Source: an uncultured Ruficoccus sp. (GTDB lineage: Bacteria > Verrucomicrobiota > Verrucomicrobiia > Opitutales > Cerasicoccaceae). From it: a DNA stretch of 64,000 nt. The notes beneath the pieces are model-generated. The model ran no database searches. It saw only the letters and a program-made list of their open reading frames with translations, and was not told where the DNA came from. This document shows, in pieces, positions 30,458-38,882 of this stretch (within the stretch, counting starts at the first letter, position 1; the number at the start of each line of letters is the position of its first letter). Position numbers and translations under genes: made by a program. The stretch lies in assembly GCA_965140785.1 (NCBI GenBank), contig OZ223519.1, positions 160,001 to 224,000 of the forward strand, given 5' to 3'.

Positions 30458-30652
30458 TTACCTAAGTGGAGCAATACTACGGCCCACACCAATTCTTAAT
30501 TGGTCAGCGTATCCTTGGGCCACACGAGCAGCATCAGCATTTGATATATTAGGATTACTCTCTATAATGCGATCAAGTTTACTCCAGACCGCGTCATTGT
30601 AAAGCGGATGCTGCGTCCAATGTTGCCCAGGCCCAAGCCTGATTCCGTTATT
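30458..30652 (-). pseudogene. Orphan C-terminal tip of an AHH/HNH-like nuclease toxin (~64 aa)
   Basis: NNGIRL...H...HPLYNDAVWSKLDRI resembles the NG.L..H..H..Y...V...L core of AHH nucleases; N-terminal part absent. Confidence 0.6.
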
Positions 30653-30710
30653 TTTAGAATAACTACCCAAGTCAAGGGAGCTATCAGCATTTAAATGATT
30701 AACATGACCC
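30653..30710. repeat. 58-bp direct repeat, right copy
   Basis: See 29842-29899. Confidence 0.85.
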
Positions 30711-30852
30711 TTGTGCCTGCCATAAACATGGGTGGGGCCAGCCATGTGTGAGGCATGAGACAATGTCGGTCCGACGTTTTGGGCGTAGCCCGGACGTTGG
30801 ACCGAGGGTGCAGCCCTCGGCTACCGCGGGTCTGGGGCGCGGAGCCCCAGAA

Positions 30853-31269
30853 TCATTCGCCGATGATTTTGATGAGGGCGCGTTTTTTGCGTTTGCCGTC
30901 GAACTCGCCATAAAAGATCTGCTCCCAGGGGCCGAAGTCGAGGCGGCCCTCGGTCACGGCGACGGTGACGTCACGGCCCATGATGGTGCGCTTGAGGTGG
31001 GCGTCGGCGTTGTCCTCGTAGCCGTTGTGGGCGTACTGGTCGTGGGGCTTTTCCGGGGCGAGCTTCTCCAGCCAGCGCTCGAAGTCGGCGTGCAGGCCGG
31101 ACTCGTCGTCGTTGATAAAGACGCTGGCGCTGATGTGCATGGCATTGACCAGGCACAACCCCTCCTGGATGCCACTCTCGCGCAGGGCGGTTTCGACCTC
31201 GTGGGTGATGTTGATCAACTGGCGGCGTTGCGGGATGTTGAACCAGAGTTCCTTGCGGTAAGATTTCAT
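30853..31269 (-). CDS. yjbQ: YjbQ/UPF0047 family protein (secondary thiamine-phosphate synthase)
   Basis: [32 protein letters not shown]. Confidence 0.9.
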   Translation of the reverse strand: MKSYRKELWFNIPQRRQLINITHEVETALRESGIQEGLCLVNAMHISASVFINDDESGLHADFERWLEKLAPEKPHDQYAHNGYEDNADAHLKRTIMGRDVTVAVTEGRLDFGPWEQIFYGEFDGKRKKRALIKIIGE

Positions 31270-31284
31270 AGGCCGGATCAAATG

Positions 31285-31803
31285 TCAGTCAGCGGTTGGT
31301 GGATCAGCTACGAGGGCCTTGTTGCGGTAGCGAACGATTTTGATCTCGTCGTTCTCGCGCAGGATGGCCACCGGCTCGAACAACTGCTCGAACGGCGGCA
31401 GAAAGGTGTCGCCCGCGTAGTCGCCTTTGACGTGGGTGAGCAGGAGCTCGCAGCAGGCGGGCAGGGTCTCGGCGAAGAGCTGGGCGCCGCCGATGATGAA
31501 CAGCTCGCCCTTGTCGGGCAGGCCGTCCAGCTCGTCGAGGCCGTTGATCACGGTAAAGCCCGGCGCCGGGAGGTTCGGCTGGCTGGTGATGACGACGTTG
31601 TGGCGGCGGGGCAGGGGCTTACCGATGCTCTCCATCGTGCGGCGGCCCATCACGAGGGTGTGGCCGGTCGTGGTCTGCTTGAAAAAAGCCAGGTCCTCGG
31701 GGATGCGCCAGGGTAGCCCGCCCTTGAGGCCGATAGCGCGGTTTTTATCGGCCATTGCGACAATGGCTTTCCAGGGCTTGATGGTGGAGGCGGAGGGTGG
31801 CAT
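31285..31803 (-). CDS. folA: Dihydrofolate reductase
   Basis: IG..GGLPWRIPEDLAFFK, MGRRTMESIGKPLPRR, IIGGAQLF, GDTFLP. Confidence 0.95.
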   Translation of the reverse strand: MPPSASTIKPWKAIVAMADKNRAIGLKGGLPWRIPEDLAFFKQTTTGHTLVMGRRTMESIGKPLPRRHNVVITSQPNLPAPGFTVINGLDELDGLPDKGELFIIGGAQLFAETLPACCELLLTHVKGDYAGDTFLPPFEQLFEPVAILRENDEIKIVRYRNKALVADPPTAD

Positions 31804-31815
31804 GGGCGGCGAAAT

Positions 31816-32652
31816 TTACACAGCGATGGGGGCCTTGATCGCAGGGTGGGGGTCGTAGCCGATCAGTTCGACATCGGCGTAGTCAAAGTCTTCCAGCCGC
31901 TGGACGGTGGGGTTGAGCTTAACCTGCGGCAGCGGGCGCGGCTCGCGGGCGAGCTGTTCCTCGACTTGGTTAAAATGGTTCTGGTACAGGTGCAGGTCGC
32001 CGAAGGTGTGGATAAACTCCTTCGGGCGCAGTCCGGCCACCTGCGCGACCATGCAGGTCAGCAGGGCGTAGGAGGCGATGTTGAAGGGCACGCCCAGGAA
32101 CAGGTCCGCGCTGCGCTGATAGAGCTGGCAGCTCAGGCCGCCATCCTGCGAGACGTAAAACTGGAACATCGTGTGGCACGGGGGCAGGGCCATCTTGCCC
32201 GCGGCGGCGTTGACGTGGGGCGGCTTGCTCTCGTCGGGCAGGTCGGCCACGTTCCAGGCCGAGACGATGTGGCGGCGGCTGTGCGGCTTGGTTTTCAGGT
32301 TTTCGATCAACTCGTCGAGCTGGTTGATCCGGCGTCCGTCCGGGCACTGCCAGCGGGTCCACTGCGCGCCGTAAACGGGCCCGAGGCTGCCGCTCTCGTC
32401 CGCCCACTCATTCCAGATGGAGACTTTGTTTTCCTTCAGGTAGCCGATGTTGGTATCGCCTTTGAGGAACCAAAGCAGCTCGTAAACCACTGAGCGCCAA
32501 TGGACTTTTTTCGTCGTCAGGAGCGGGAACGACTCCTCCAGGCCGAAGCGGGCCTGGGCGCCGAAAAGACTGCGGGTGCCGACACCGGTGCGGTCCGAGC
32601 GGTTCTCGCCCTTGTCCATTACCAGACGCAGCAGATCGAGGTAGCCTTGCAT
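31816..32652 (-). CDS. thyA: Thymidylate synthase
   Basis: [42 protein letters not shown]. Confidence 0.97.
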   Translation of the reverse strand: MQGYLDLLRLVMDKGENRSDRTGVGTRSLFGAQARFGLEESFPLLTTKKVHWRSVVYELLWFLKGDTNIGYLKENKVSIWNEWADESGSLGPVYGAQWTRWQCPDGRRINQLDELIENLKTKPHSRRHIVSAWNVADLPDESKPPHVNAAAGKMALPPCHTMFQFYVSQDGGLSCQLYQRSADLFLGVPFNIASYALLTCMVAQVAGLRPKEFIHTFGDLHLYQNHFNQVEEQLAREPRPLPQVKLNPTVQRLEDFDYADVELIGYDPHPAIKAPIAV

Positions 32653-32821
32653 GCGGACAGATTTCTTCCAAAGGCTGGCAAAGTCAATGATCGCATGCGC
32701 TTTGGGCCGAATATGCCCGGCGGCATGGAGGGTGGGCCGTCCGGGCTGGGTTTTAGGCCGGTTTTTGCCTCGGTAAATTGCCATCTTGCATTGGCCAGGG
32801 CTTTAGGTGATAATAGAGGGT

Positions 32822-33484
32822 ATGTTTCGTTGGCTCCCCATTGTCTTCCTCTGCCTGGCAACCGCCTTGCCGCTCTCGGCCGGATTGAAAAAAATCAATT
32901 ACGGCCAGCGCAGCAAGATCGAGGATCAGAAGGCGGAGGGCTTCGAGGTCAAGCATCCGGAGATGAATACCCAGTTCGGCGGCACTCGTATGGATCTGAC
33001 CGAGTGGCACACGCAGTTCTCCACCCTCGGGCAGAAGAAGTCCACTCTGGTGAGTGGGTCCGACCGTTTCTCCGGGGAGCGGATGGATTTCGACGTGCAG
33101 GAGAAGAAGCTCAAGAACACCGAAATGGCTCCCGGCAACCGTAAGATGGGCCAGGTGCGCAACTGGAATTACGCCATGGAAAACCTCATGGCGAACAAGT
33201 TTCAAGGGAGCGAGATCACTTCTCCGGCCGGTCGTCAGATGCAGCAGTTTATCGACCAAGTGAACCTGCGTGAGGTCAACCGTTTCATGTTCGAGCGCAA
33301 CAAGACCGAGGAGGGCCTCCCGGTCCAGCGCGCCGGTGAAGGATCGCTGGAGGATATCCCGATGCAGCTCCGCGATACCGGCGGCATTCGCACCGTCTCG
33401 CCCGACGACGGCGGTGGCGATCCCAGCCAGCTTTTCCGCAACCCCTTCCAGCGCAACGGCTCCGACACTGATACTTCCGAATAG
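32822..33484 (+). CDS. Hypothetical exported protein
   Basis: Signal peptide MFRWLPIVFLCLATALPLSA; typical codon usage. Confidence 0.7.
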   Translation: MFRWLPIVFLCLATALPLSAGLKKINYGQRSKIEDQKAEGFEVKHPEMNTQFGGTRMDLTEWHTQFSTLGQKKSTLVSGSDRFSGERMDFDVQEKKLKNTEMAPGNRKMGQVRNWNYAMENLMANKFQGSEITSPAGRQMQQFIDQVNLREVNRFMFERNKTEEGLPVQRAGEGSLEDIPMQLRDTGGIRTVSPDDGGGDPSQLFRNPFQRNGSDTDTSE

Positions 33485-33600
33485 GGGAGGCGTCCCCTTA
33501 CGGCCCGGGTGAAAGGCCTTGCTTTTTGTTCTTTTGAGTGAGTAGCAACTGCGAGGCTCTTGCCTCCGCGATCACTCCTGCGCCATCCATCTCTACGTCT

Positions 33601-34110
33601 ATGATCGAGCTTGAATACGTCTATGATAAAGCCTACGCCCTCCGCGCATATATGGAGGTGAGTAAGAGCCGGAACCGTGTTCTGATTCCTGCCTACTGGT
33701 TCTTTCTGCTGTTTTATCTGGTCGTCATGGTTTTTGTGACGCTCGGGAATTACCAACAGCGAGATGGCTTTGATACGGGCTATTTTATTCTTATGGGCAT
33801 CCTTGCCTGGCTGCTGCTGGTGCCTTTTTATATTCGGGGTCGAGTCTATTCCAACTTCAAGAAATCTCCGCTTGGCGGCGCCACCGTACGATGGGCTATT
33901 GATGAGACCGGCCTCAGAAATACCGCCGGAAACAGTGAAGGCAAGTTTGCCTGGCCGGATGTTTATCAGGTTCTCGAAAGACGAAAGGGCTTCCTGATCT
34001 TCTCTCAGCCCAACTTCGCTGCCCTCCTCCCGGCCGAGGCCTTCGCCTCCGAAGTCGACAAGGAAAAACTACGTGCATGTGCCCGTGCGGCAGGTAAGCT
34101 CAAGGCGTAG
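33601..34110 (+). CDS. YcxB-like membrane protein
   Basis: Two TM helices then a W..V..V.E....FLI......LP..AF pattern. Confidence 0.65.
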   Translation: MIELEYVYDKAYALRAYMEVSKSRNRVLIPAYWFFLLFYLVVMVFVTLGNYQQRDGFDTGYFILMGILAWLLLVPFYIRGRVYSNFKKSPLGGATVRWAIDETGLRNTAGNSEGKFAWPDVYQVLERRKGFLIFSQPNFAALLPAEAFASEVDKEKLRACARAAGKLKA

Positions 34111-34179
34111 GGGCAAACACCCCTAAATGATGCCCATCAAGTTGCCGTGATGACAAAAGCGTGTCACCGTTAGTGCAAG

Positions 34180-35439
34180 ATGCTCAACACGTTGCTGTTT
34201 CTCCGTAACCGCTTGGCCGAGCGCTTGTGGCTAAAGCCCCTGCTGATGTGCCTGTTATCCTTCCTGGGGACGACGGGGGCCTACATCGCCGGGACCTGGT
34301 TTGAGCCCGGTGATGTGCCGGAGATCAGCACGGACACGCTGAAGGTGCTCTTAGGTGTGCTCACCTCTGGCATGCTGGTGATCGCCACCTTCGCCGTGGG
34401 GGCGATGATCTCGGCCTACGCCTCGGCCAGCCGGACGGCCACGCCACGGGCCTTTTCCCTTATCATCGCCGATGACGTTACCCAGAACGCGCTCTCCACT
34501 TTTGTTGGGGCGTTCCTCTTTGCGGTCATCGCCCTGCTGGCCGTGATGAACGGCCTGTACGCGGTGCCCGCCCGCTTCTTCCTGCTGGTGCTGACGCTGG
34601 CTGTCTTCTGGATTGTGGTCATGACCTTTATCCGCTGGGTGGACCGTATCGCCCGCCTGGGGCGGTTGGGCATGACGCTGGATAAAGTCGAGCATGCGAC
34701 CCGTCTGTCGATCCAGCATTACCAGGCGGCCGCTTTTGGCCGAGTGGCGGAGACACGGGGGCAGGGGAGCACGACCGACCTGCGTAAGGAGCGGATCGGC
34801 TATCTCCAACGCGTGGACTGGGACGCGCTCCAGCAGTTGGCTGAGCGTGTTGAGGCGAAGATCAAGGTTCATGCGCTGCCCGGTGCTTTCATCACGCCGG
34901 AAAAGGTCCTGGCCACGCTTTCGCGTTCGTCTGGGGAGGAGCTCCCGGACAAGGAGCTCCGACGGTTTCGGCGGGCCTTCCTTATCGGCGACCAGCGTCT
35001 CTTCGACGAGGACCCGCGCTTCGGCTTCATCGTGCTCTCGGAGATCGCCAGCCGCGCCCTGTCGCCCGCCGTCAATGACCCGGGCACGGCCATCCAGATA
35101 ACGGGGCGGCTGGTCCGGCTCTTTCATAACTGGCGACATCCGGACAAGCAGAGCGAGGCCTACGAGGAGCGCCGCTATGACCGGATCGAGGCCCCCCGTA
35201 TCCGGGTGGAGGACTTGTTCGAGGACGCCTTCGTTGGCATCTCCCGTGACGGGGCCGGCTTCCGCGAGGTCATGATCCGCTTGCAGAAAGCCTTTCACGC
35301 CATCGGTGCGCTCGATGCGGATATGGCGCGGGTCGCCCGGCACCACGCGGGGCAGTCCCTCCTGCGGGCAAAAGAAGCGATGCCGTTCGAGCCCGATTAC
35401 GAGGCCGTGAAAGCCGCCCACGACGGATACGGCCAGTAG
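34180..35439 (+). CDS. DUF2254 family membrane protein
   Basis: ATPRA, GYLQRVD, DPRFGFIVLSEIASRALSPAVNDPGTA. Confidence 0.85.
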   Translation: MLNTLLFLRNRLAERLWLKPLLMCLLSFLGTTGAYIAGTWFEPGDVPEISTDTLKVLLGVLTSGMLVIATFAVGAMISAYASASRTATPRAFSLIIADDVTQNALSTFVGAFLFAVIALLAVMNGLYAVPARFFLLVLTLAVFWIVVMTFIRWVDRIARLGRLGMTLDKVEHATRLSIQHYQAAAFGRVAETRGQGSTTDLRKERIGYLQRVDWDALQQLAERVEAKIKVHALPGAFITPEKVLATLSRSSGEELPDKELRRFRRAFLIGDQRLFDEDPRFGFIVLSEIASRALSPAVNDPGTAIQITGRLVRLFHNWRHPDKQSEAYEERRYDRIEAPRIRVEDLFEDAFVGISRDGAGFREVMIRLQKAFHAIGALDADMARVARHHAGQSLLRAKEAMPFEPDYEAVKAAHDGYGQ

Positions 35440-35460
35440 CAACGTCCTGGGGCAGAGATA

Positions 35461-35489
35461 AAAAAGCTGCGCGGAAAAACCCGCGCAGC
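35461..35489 (-). terminator. Hairpin terminator between convergent genes
   Basis: AAAAAGCTGCGCGG-AAAAAC-CCGCGCAGC. Confidence 0.6.
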
Positions 35490-35557
35490 CGATAAAATAT
35501 TTCCTGAATCCAGCACCATCCCGGTGCGCAGCACCGAGGGTCCAGGGCATGCCCGGG

Positions 35558-36769
35558 TCAGAAGGTGTGGATAAAGAGGCCGGAGCGCAGCTTCGGCTCG
35601 AACCACGTGCTTTTGGGGGGCATGATGGCGTTGGCGTCGGCGATGTCGATCAACTGGTCCACCGTCACCGGATAGACCGAGAAGGCCACGCCGCCGCCGT
35701 TGTCCACGAGCTTGACCAACTCCTTCGTGCCGCGGATGCCGCCGATGAAGTCGATCTTCTCGCTGGTGCGGGGGTCGTCAATGTCGAGCAGCGGGGCCAG
35801 GATGTGGTCCTGCAGGCGCGACACGTCGAGTCGGGCGATCGGGTCGTCTTCGCCGCCGGGGAATTTTAAGCCGTACCACTTGCCGTCCAGGTACATGGAG
35901 ACATCGCCGTAGGCGGCGGGCTCGGGACTGGCGCCCGCGGAGACTTCGCACACCTTGGCGATCTCGGCCAGGAGCTGTTCGGGCGTGCGGCCGTTGAGAT
36001 CGTGGACGTAGCGATTGTAGGGCAAGACGTTGAGCTGGTTGCCAGGGAAGGCCACGGCCAGGAACCAGTTGTAGTCTTCCTCACCGGTGTGGGCGGGGTT
36101 GGCCTCGCGGCGCTCGGCCCCGACGCGGGCGGCGCTGGCGCTGCGGTGGTGGCCGTCGGCCACGTAGGTGACCGGGATCTTCTTAAAGGCTTCGATCAGG
36201 GCATCGCCGCCGGGCACGCGCCAGACGGTGTGGACGACTCCGTCGGGAGCGGTGAACTGCACAAAGGGATCGCTCGCAGTGATGGCGTCCACCTCGGCGT
36301 CGATGGCGTCGTCGTCCTTATAGGTGAGGAAGACCGGGCCGGGGTGGGCCGAGAGGGTGCGGTTGAGCGCGGTGCGGTCGTCCTCCTTGGCCTTGCGGGT
36401 CTTTTCGTGCTTCTTGATCAGGTTGTTCTCGTAGTCCTCGATCCGGAAGACCCCGACGATGCCGGTCTGGATGTGCTCGCCCATCTGCTGGCGGTACAGG
36501 TAGAGGCACGGCTCGGACTCGCGCACGAGACCGCCCTCGGCTTCGAGGCGGGTGAGCGCGGCCTTGGCCTGGGCGTACACCTCCGGCGCGTACGGGTTGG
36601 TCTCGTCGGGCAGGTCGATCTCGGCCCGCACCACGTGCAGGAAGCTCAGCGGGTTGCCCGTGGCCAGCTCGCGCGCCTCGGCGGTGTTGACCACGTCGTA
36701 GGGCAGGGAGGCGATTTTCGGGGCCGACTCGGGAGTGGGCCGCAGTCCTTGGAAAGCTCGGATACGCAT
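35558..36769 (-). CDS. DUF1015 family protein
   Basis: PYDVV, IKKHEKTR, YVADGHHRSAS, MPPKSTWFEPKLRSGL. Confidence 0.9.
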   Translation of the reverse strand: MRIRAFQGLRPTPESAPKIASLPYDVVNTAEARELATGNPLSFLHVVRAEIDLPDETNPYAPEVYAQAKAALTRLEAEGGLVRESEPCLYLYRQQMGEHIQTGIVGVFRIEDYENNLIKKHEKTRKAKEDDRTALNRTLSAHPGPVFLTYKDDDAIDAEVDAITASDPFVQFTAPDGVVHTVWRVPGGDALIEAFKKIPVTYVADGHHRSASAARVGAERREANPAHTGEEDYNWFLAVAFPGNQLNVLPYNRYVHDLNGRTPEQLLAEIAKVCEVSAGASPEPAAYGDVSMYLDGKWYGLKFPGGEDDPIARLDVSRLQDHILAPLLDIDDPRTSEKIDFIGGIRGTKELVKLVDNGGGVAFSVYPVTVDQLIDIADANAIMPPKSTWFEPKLRSGLFIHTF

Positions 36770-36936
36770 AGGCCGTCCAAGCAAGTGACCCGCGCCCCCC
36801 AAGGCAAGGGAAATTCCCGGCCACGGACGAAACGTTCCGGTGATTTTACCCGCTGCCGTCGTTTTCCATGGCCCGGCTGCATGGATGAAAAACAGCCCTT
36901 TACAGGGGCGGGGATTTCGCTTTCACTTCCGCTCTT

Positions 36937-37245
36937 ATGGCAGGAGTTGGCAAACTACTCAAGCAAGCGAAGAAAATGCAGCAGAAGGTCGAGGCGATCC
37001 AGGAGGAGCTGACCGCGGCCGAGCTGGACATCACCGCCGGGGGCGGCGCCGTCGCCGTCAAGGTCAACGGCCAGGGCGAGTTCCTCGACCTCAAGCTCGA
37101 CCCCGAATTCCTCAAGGAGGACGCCGAGATGGTTCAGGAAACCATCCTCGAAGCCGTCAAGGAAGCCGCCGCCAAGGCCAAGGCCCTCAACGAGGAAAAA
37201 ATGTCCGAGGCCACCGCCGGCTTCCAGATGCCCGGCTTCATGTAG
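36937..37245 (+). CDS. ybaB: YbaB/EbfC nucleoid-associated protein
   Basis: KQAKKMQQK...AGGGAVAVKVNG; upstream of recR. Confidence 0.92.
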   Translation: MAGVGKLLKQAKKMQQKVEAIQEELTAAELDITAGGGAVAVKVNGQGEFLDLKLDPEFLKEDAEMVQETILEAVKEAAAKAKALNEEKMSEATAGFQMPGFM

Positions 37246-37309
37246 GCGGGGTGCCCCCGCTGGCAATGAGGGGGCGAGCCCCCTACGCCGCCAGCAAGGC
37301 GGCTACCCC
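37246..37309 (+). repeat. GTAG multi-hairpin (REP-like) repeat
   Basis: GCGGG-GTGCC-CCCGC TGGCAATG AGGGGGC-GA-GCCCCCT AC GCCGCC-AGCAA-GGCGGC TACCCC. Confidence 0.8.
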
Positions 37310-37390
37310 AAGTGGAATGTCATACACGTTTTCCATCTTGTCTTCAGCATTATCCCTTCAAAAAATGGTGGCTCCAGTTTTGATGCTCCC

Positions 37391-37436
37391 TCAGCGTTTG
37401 TTGAAAAGAGTTGCAACTCTTTTCAACAAACGCTGA
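37391..37436. repeat. Perfect 46-bp palindrome, probably fused IS/MITE terminal repeats
   Basis: TCAGCGTTTGTTGAAAAGAGTTG|CAACTCTTTTCAACAAACGCTGA. Confidence 0.85.
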
Positions 37437-37524
37437 CGCGATGCGCAGCATCGAAAGTGCAGGCTTTGCCTGCTGCGGGGCTTGGGGGCGCATAGCCCCC
37501 AATAAACAAAAACAAAACCCTCTT

Positions 37525-38121
37525 ATGTCGGAATCACTGGAAAAGGTGGAGCAGTTGCTCAAGCAGTTACCGGGTCTGGGCTACCGGTCGGCTGAGCGCA
37601 TCGCGCTGCATCTGCTGGTCGAGAAGCCCGAGCGCCTGGAGCCGCTGATCGAGGCGCTCCAGCAGGCCGCCGCCAACCTCCGCCGCTGCCCCATCACCGG
37701 CAACCTGACCGAGTCCGACACCTGCGCCATCTACGCCGACCCGGCCCGTCACCGGGAGGTGACGTGCGTGGTCGAGACCGTGCCTGACCTGCTCGCCATC
37801 GAGCGTTCGGGCGTCTTCCGGGGCGTGTACCACGTGCTCCACGGCAAGCTCTCCCCCCTGCACGGTGTTGGTCCCGGTGACCTGAATTTCGCCAGCCTGC
37901 GCCAGCGGATCGACGACGGCGAGGTGCAGGAAATGATCCTCGCCCTCTCCAACGACATCGAGGGCGAAGCCACCTGCCACTACATCCAGGACGAGCTGCT
38001 GGCCGGGCGCGACGACATCCGCCTCTCCCGTATCGGCTTTGGCCTGCCCAGCGGCGGCGGCATCACCTACGCCGACTCCGCCACCCTCAAAAGCGCCCTC
38101 GACGGACGCCGCGATTTCTAG
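37525..38121 (+). CDS. recR: Recombination mediator RecR
   Basis: LPGLGYRSAERIA, YHVLHGKLSPLHG, EGEATC, GLPSGG.I.YAD..TL. Confidence 0.93.
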   Translation: MSESLEKVEQLLKQLPGLGYRSAERIALHLLVEKPERLEPLIEALQQAAANLRRCPITGNLTESDTCAIYADPARHREVTCVVETVPDLLAIERSGVFRGVYHVLHGKLSPLHGVGPGDLNFASLRQRIDDGEVQEMILALSNDIEGEATCHYIQDELLAGRDDIRLSRIGFGLPSGGGITYADSATLKSALDGRRDF

Positions 38122-38124
38122 GCC

Positions 38125-38748
38125 ATGAGCCCGGTGTTTTTAACCCTGTTTCTGATCGGAATCACCGTCGAAGGCATCACCGGCGCGCTGGCCGCCGGAC
38201 GCTTGAAGATGGACCTCTTCGGCGTGGTCATGGTGGCCTGCATGACGGCTTTCGGCGGCGGGACTATTCGCAACCTGTGTCTGGGGCATTATCCGATGAT
38301 TTGGATCGCTCACCCCGAGTATGTCGCCCTGGTCGCGGTCGCCGCCCTGCTGACAACCGTGATCGCTCCTTTCATCGACCGGCTTAAATTGCTCTTCCTG
38401 GCCCTCGATGCGCTCGGTTTGTCGGTCTTTACCATCGTCGGGATAAAGGTGGCCTTGTCGATCAGCCCGGACCCATGGGCGGCGATCCTGGCCGGGATGA
38501 TGACCGGCATTTTTGGCGGTGTGATCCGCGACATGCTCTGCAACCGCGTCCCGCTGGTCTTTCACGAGGAGCTCTATGCCGTGGTTTCGCTGGGCGCGGG
38601 GGGGCTTTACCTGTTGCTGTTGCAGTGGGAGACCCACACCGGCGTGGCCAGCGCCGTGACCATTGTCTGTGGCTTCACCGTGCGCATGCTGGCCATCCGC
38701 TACAAGTGGTGCCTGCCCAGCTTCAACTATAGCGTCCCCGGGAAGTGA
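38125..38748 (+). CDS. TRIC/UPF0126 (YadS-like) membrane protein
   Basis: DLFGV...TAFGGGTIR, DALGL, GIFGGVIRDML..P. Confidence 0.88.
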   Translation: MSPVFLTLFLIGITVEGITGALAAGRLKMDLFGVVMVACMTAFGGGTIRNLCLGHYPMIWIAHPEYVALVAVAALLTTVIAPFIDRLKLLFLALDALGLSVFTIVGIKVALSISPDPWAAILAGMMTGIFGGVIRDMLCNRVPLVFHEELYAVVSLGAGGLYLLLLQWETHTGVASAVTIVCGFTVRMLAIRYKWCLPSFNYSVPGK

Positions 38749-38882
38749 ACGCGCAGCGGCTGCATTGCCAGGCGCGGTTGCCAGGCGTTTTCTGCCCAAC
38801 GGCGGGGTGGACGAGTGCTGGCCGCGAGCGGGCGTGATTCGGGTTGAGGGCGTGCCCCGGTTGTGATACCAACTATCCAGCG

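Noticed and set aside
30653..30763. N-terminal 37 aa of the 101-aa ORF as genuine toxin sequence
   Set aside because: It is encoded by the repeat and flanking DNA, and the other repeat copy has a stop in that frame
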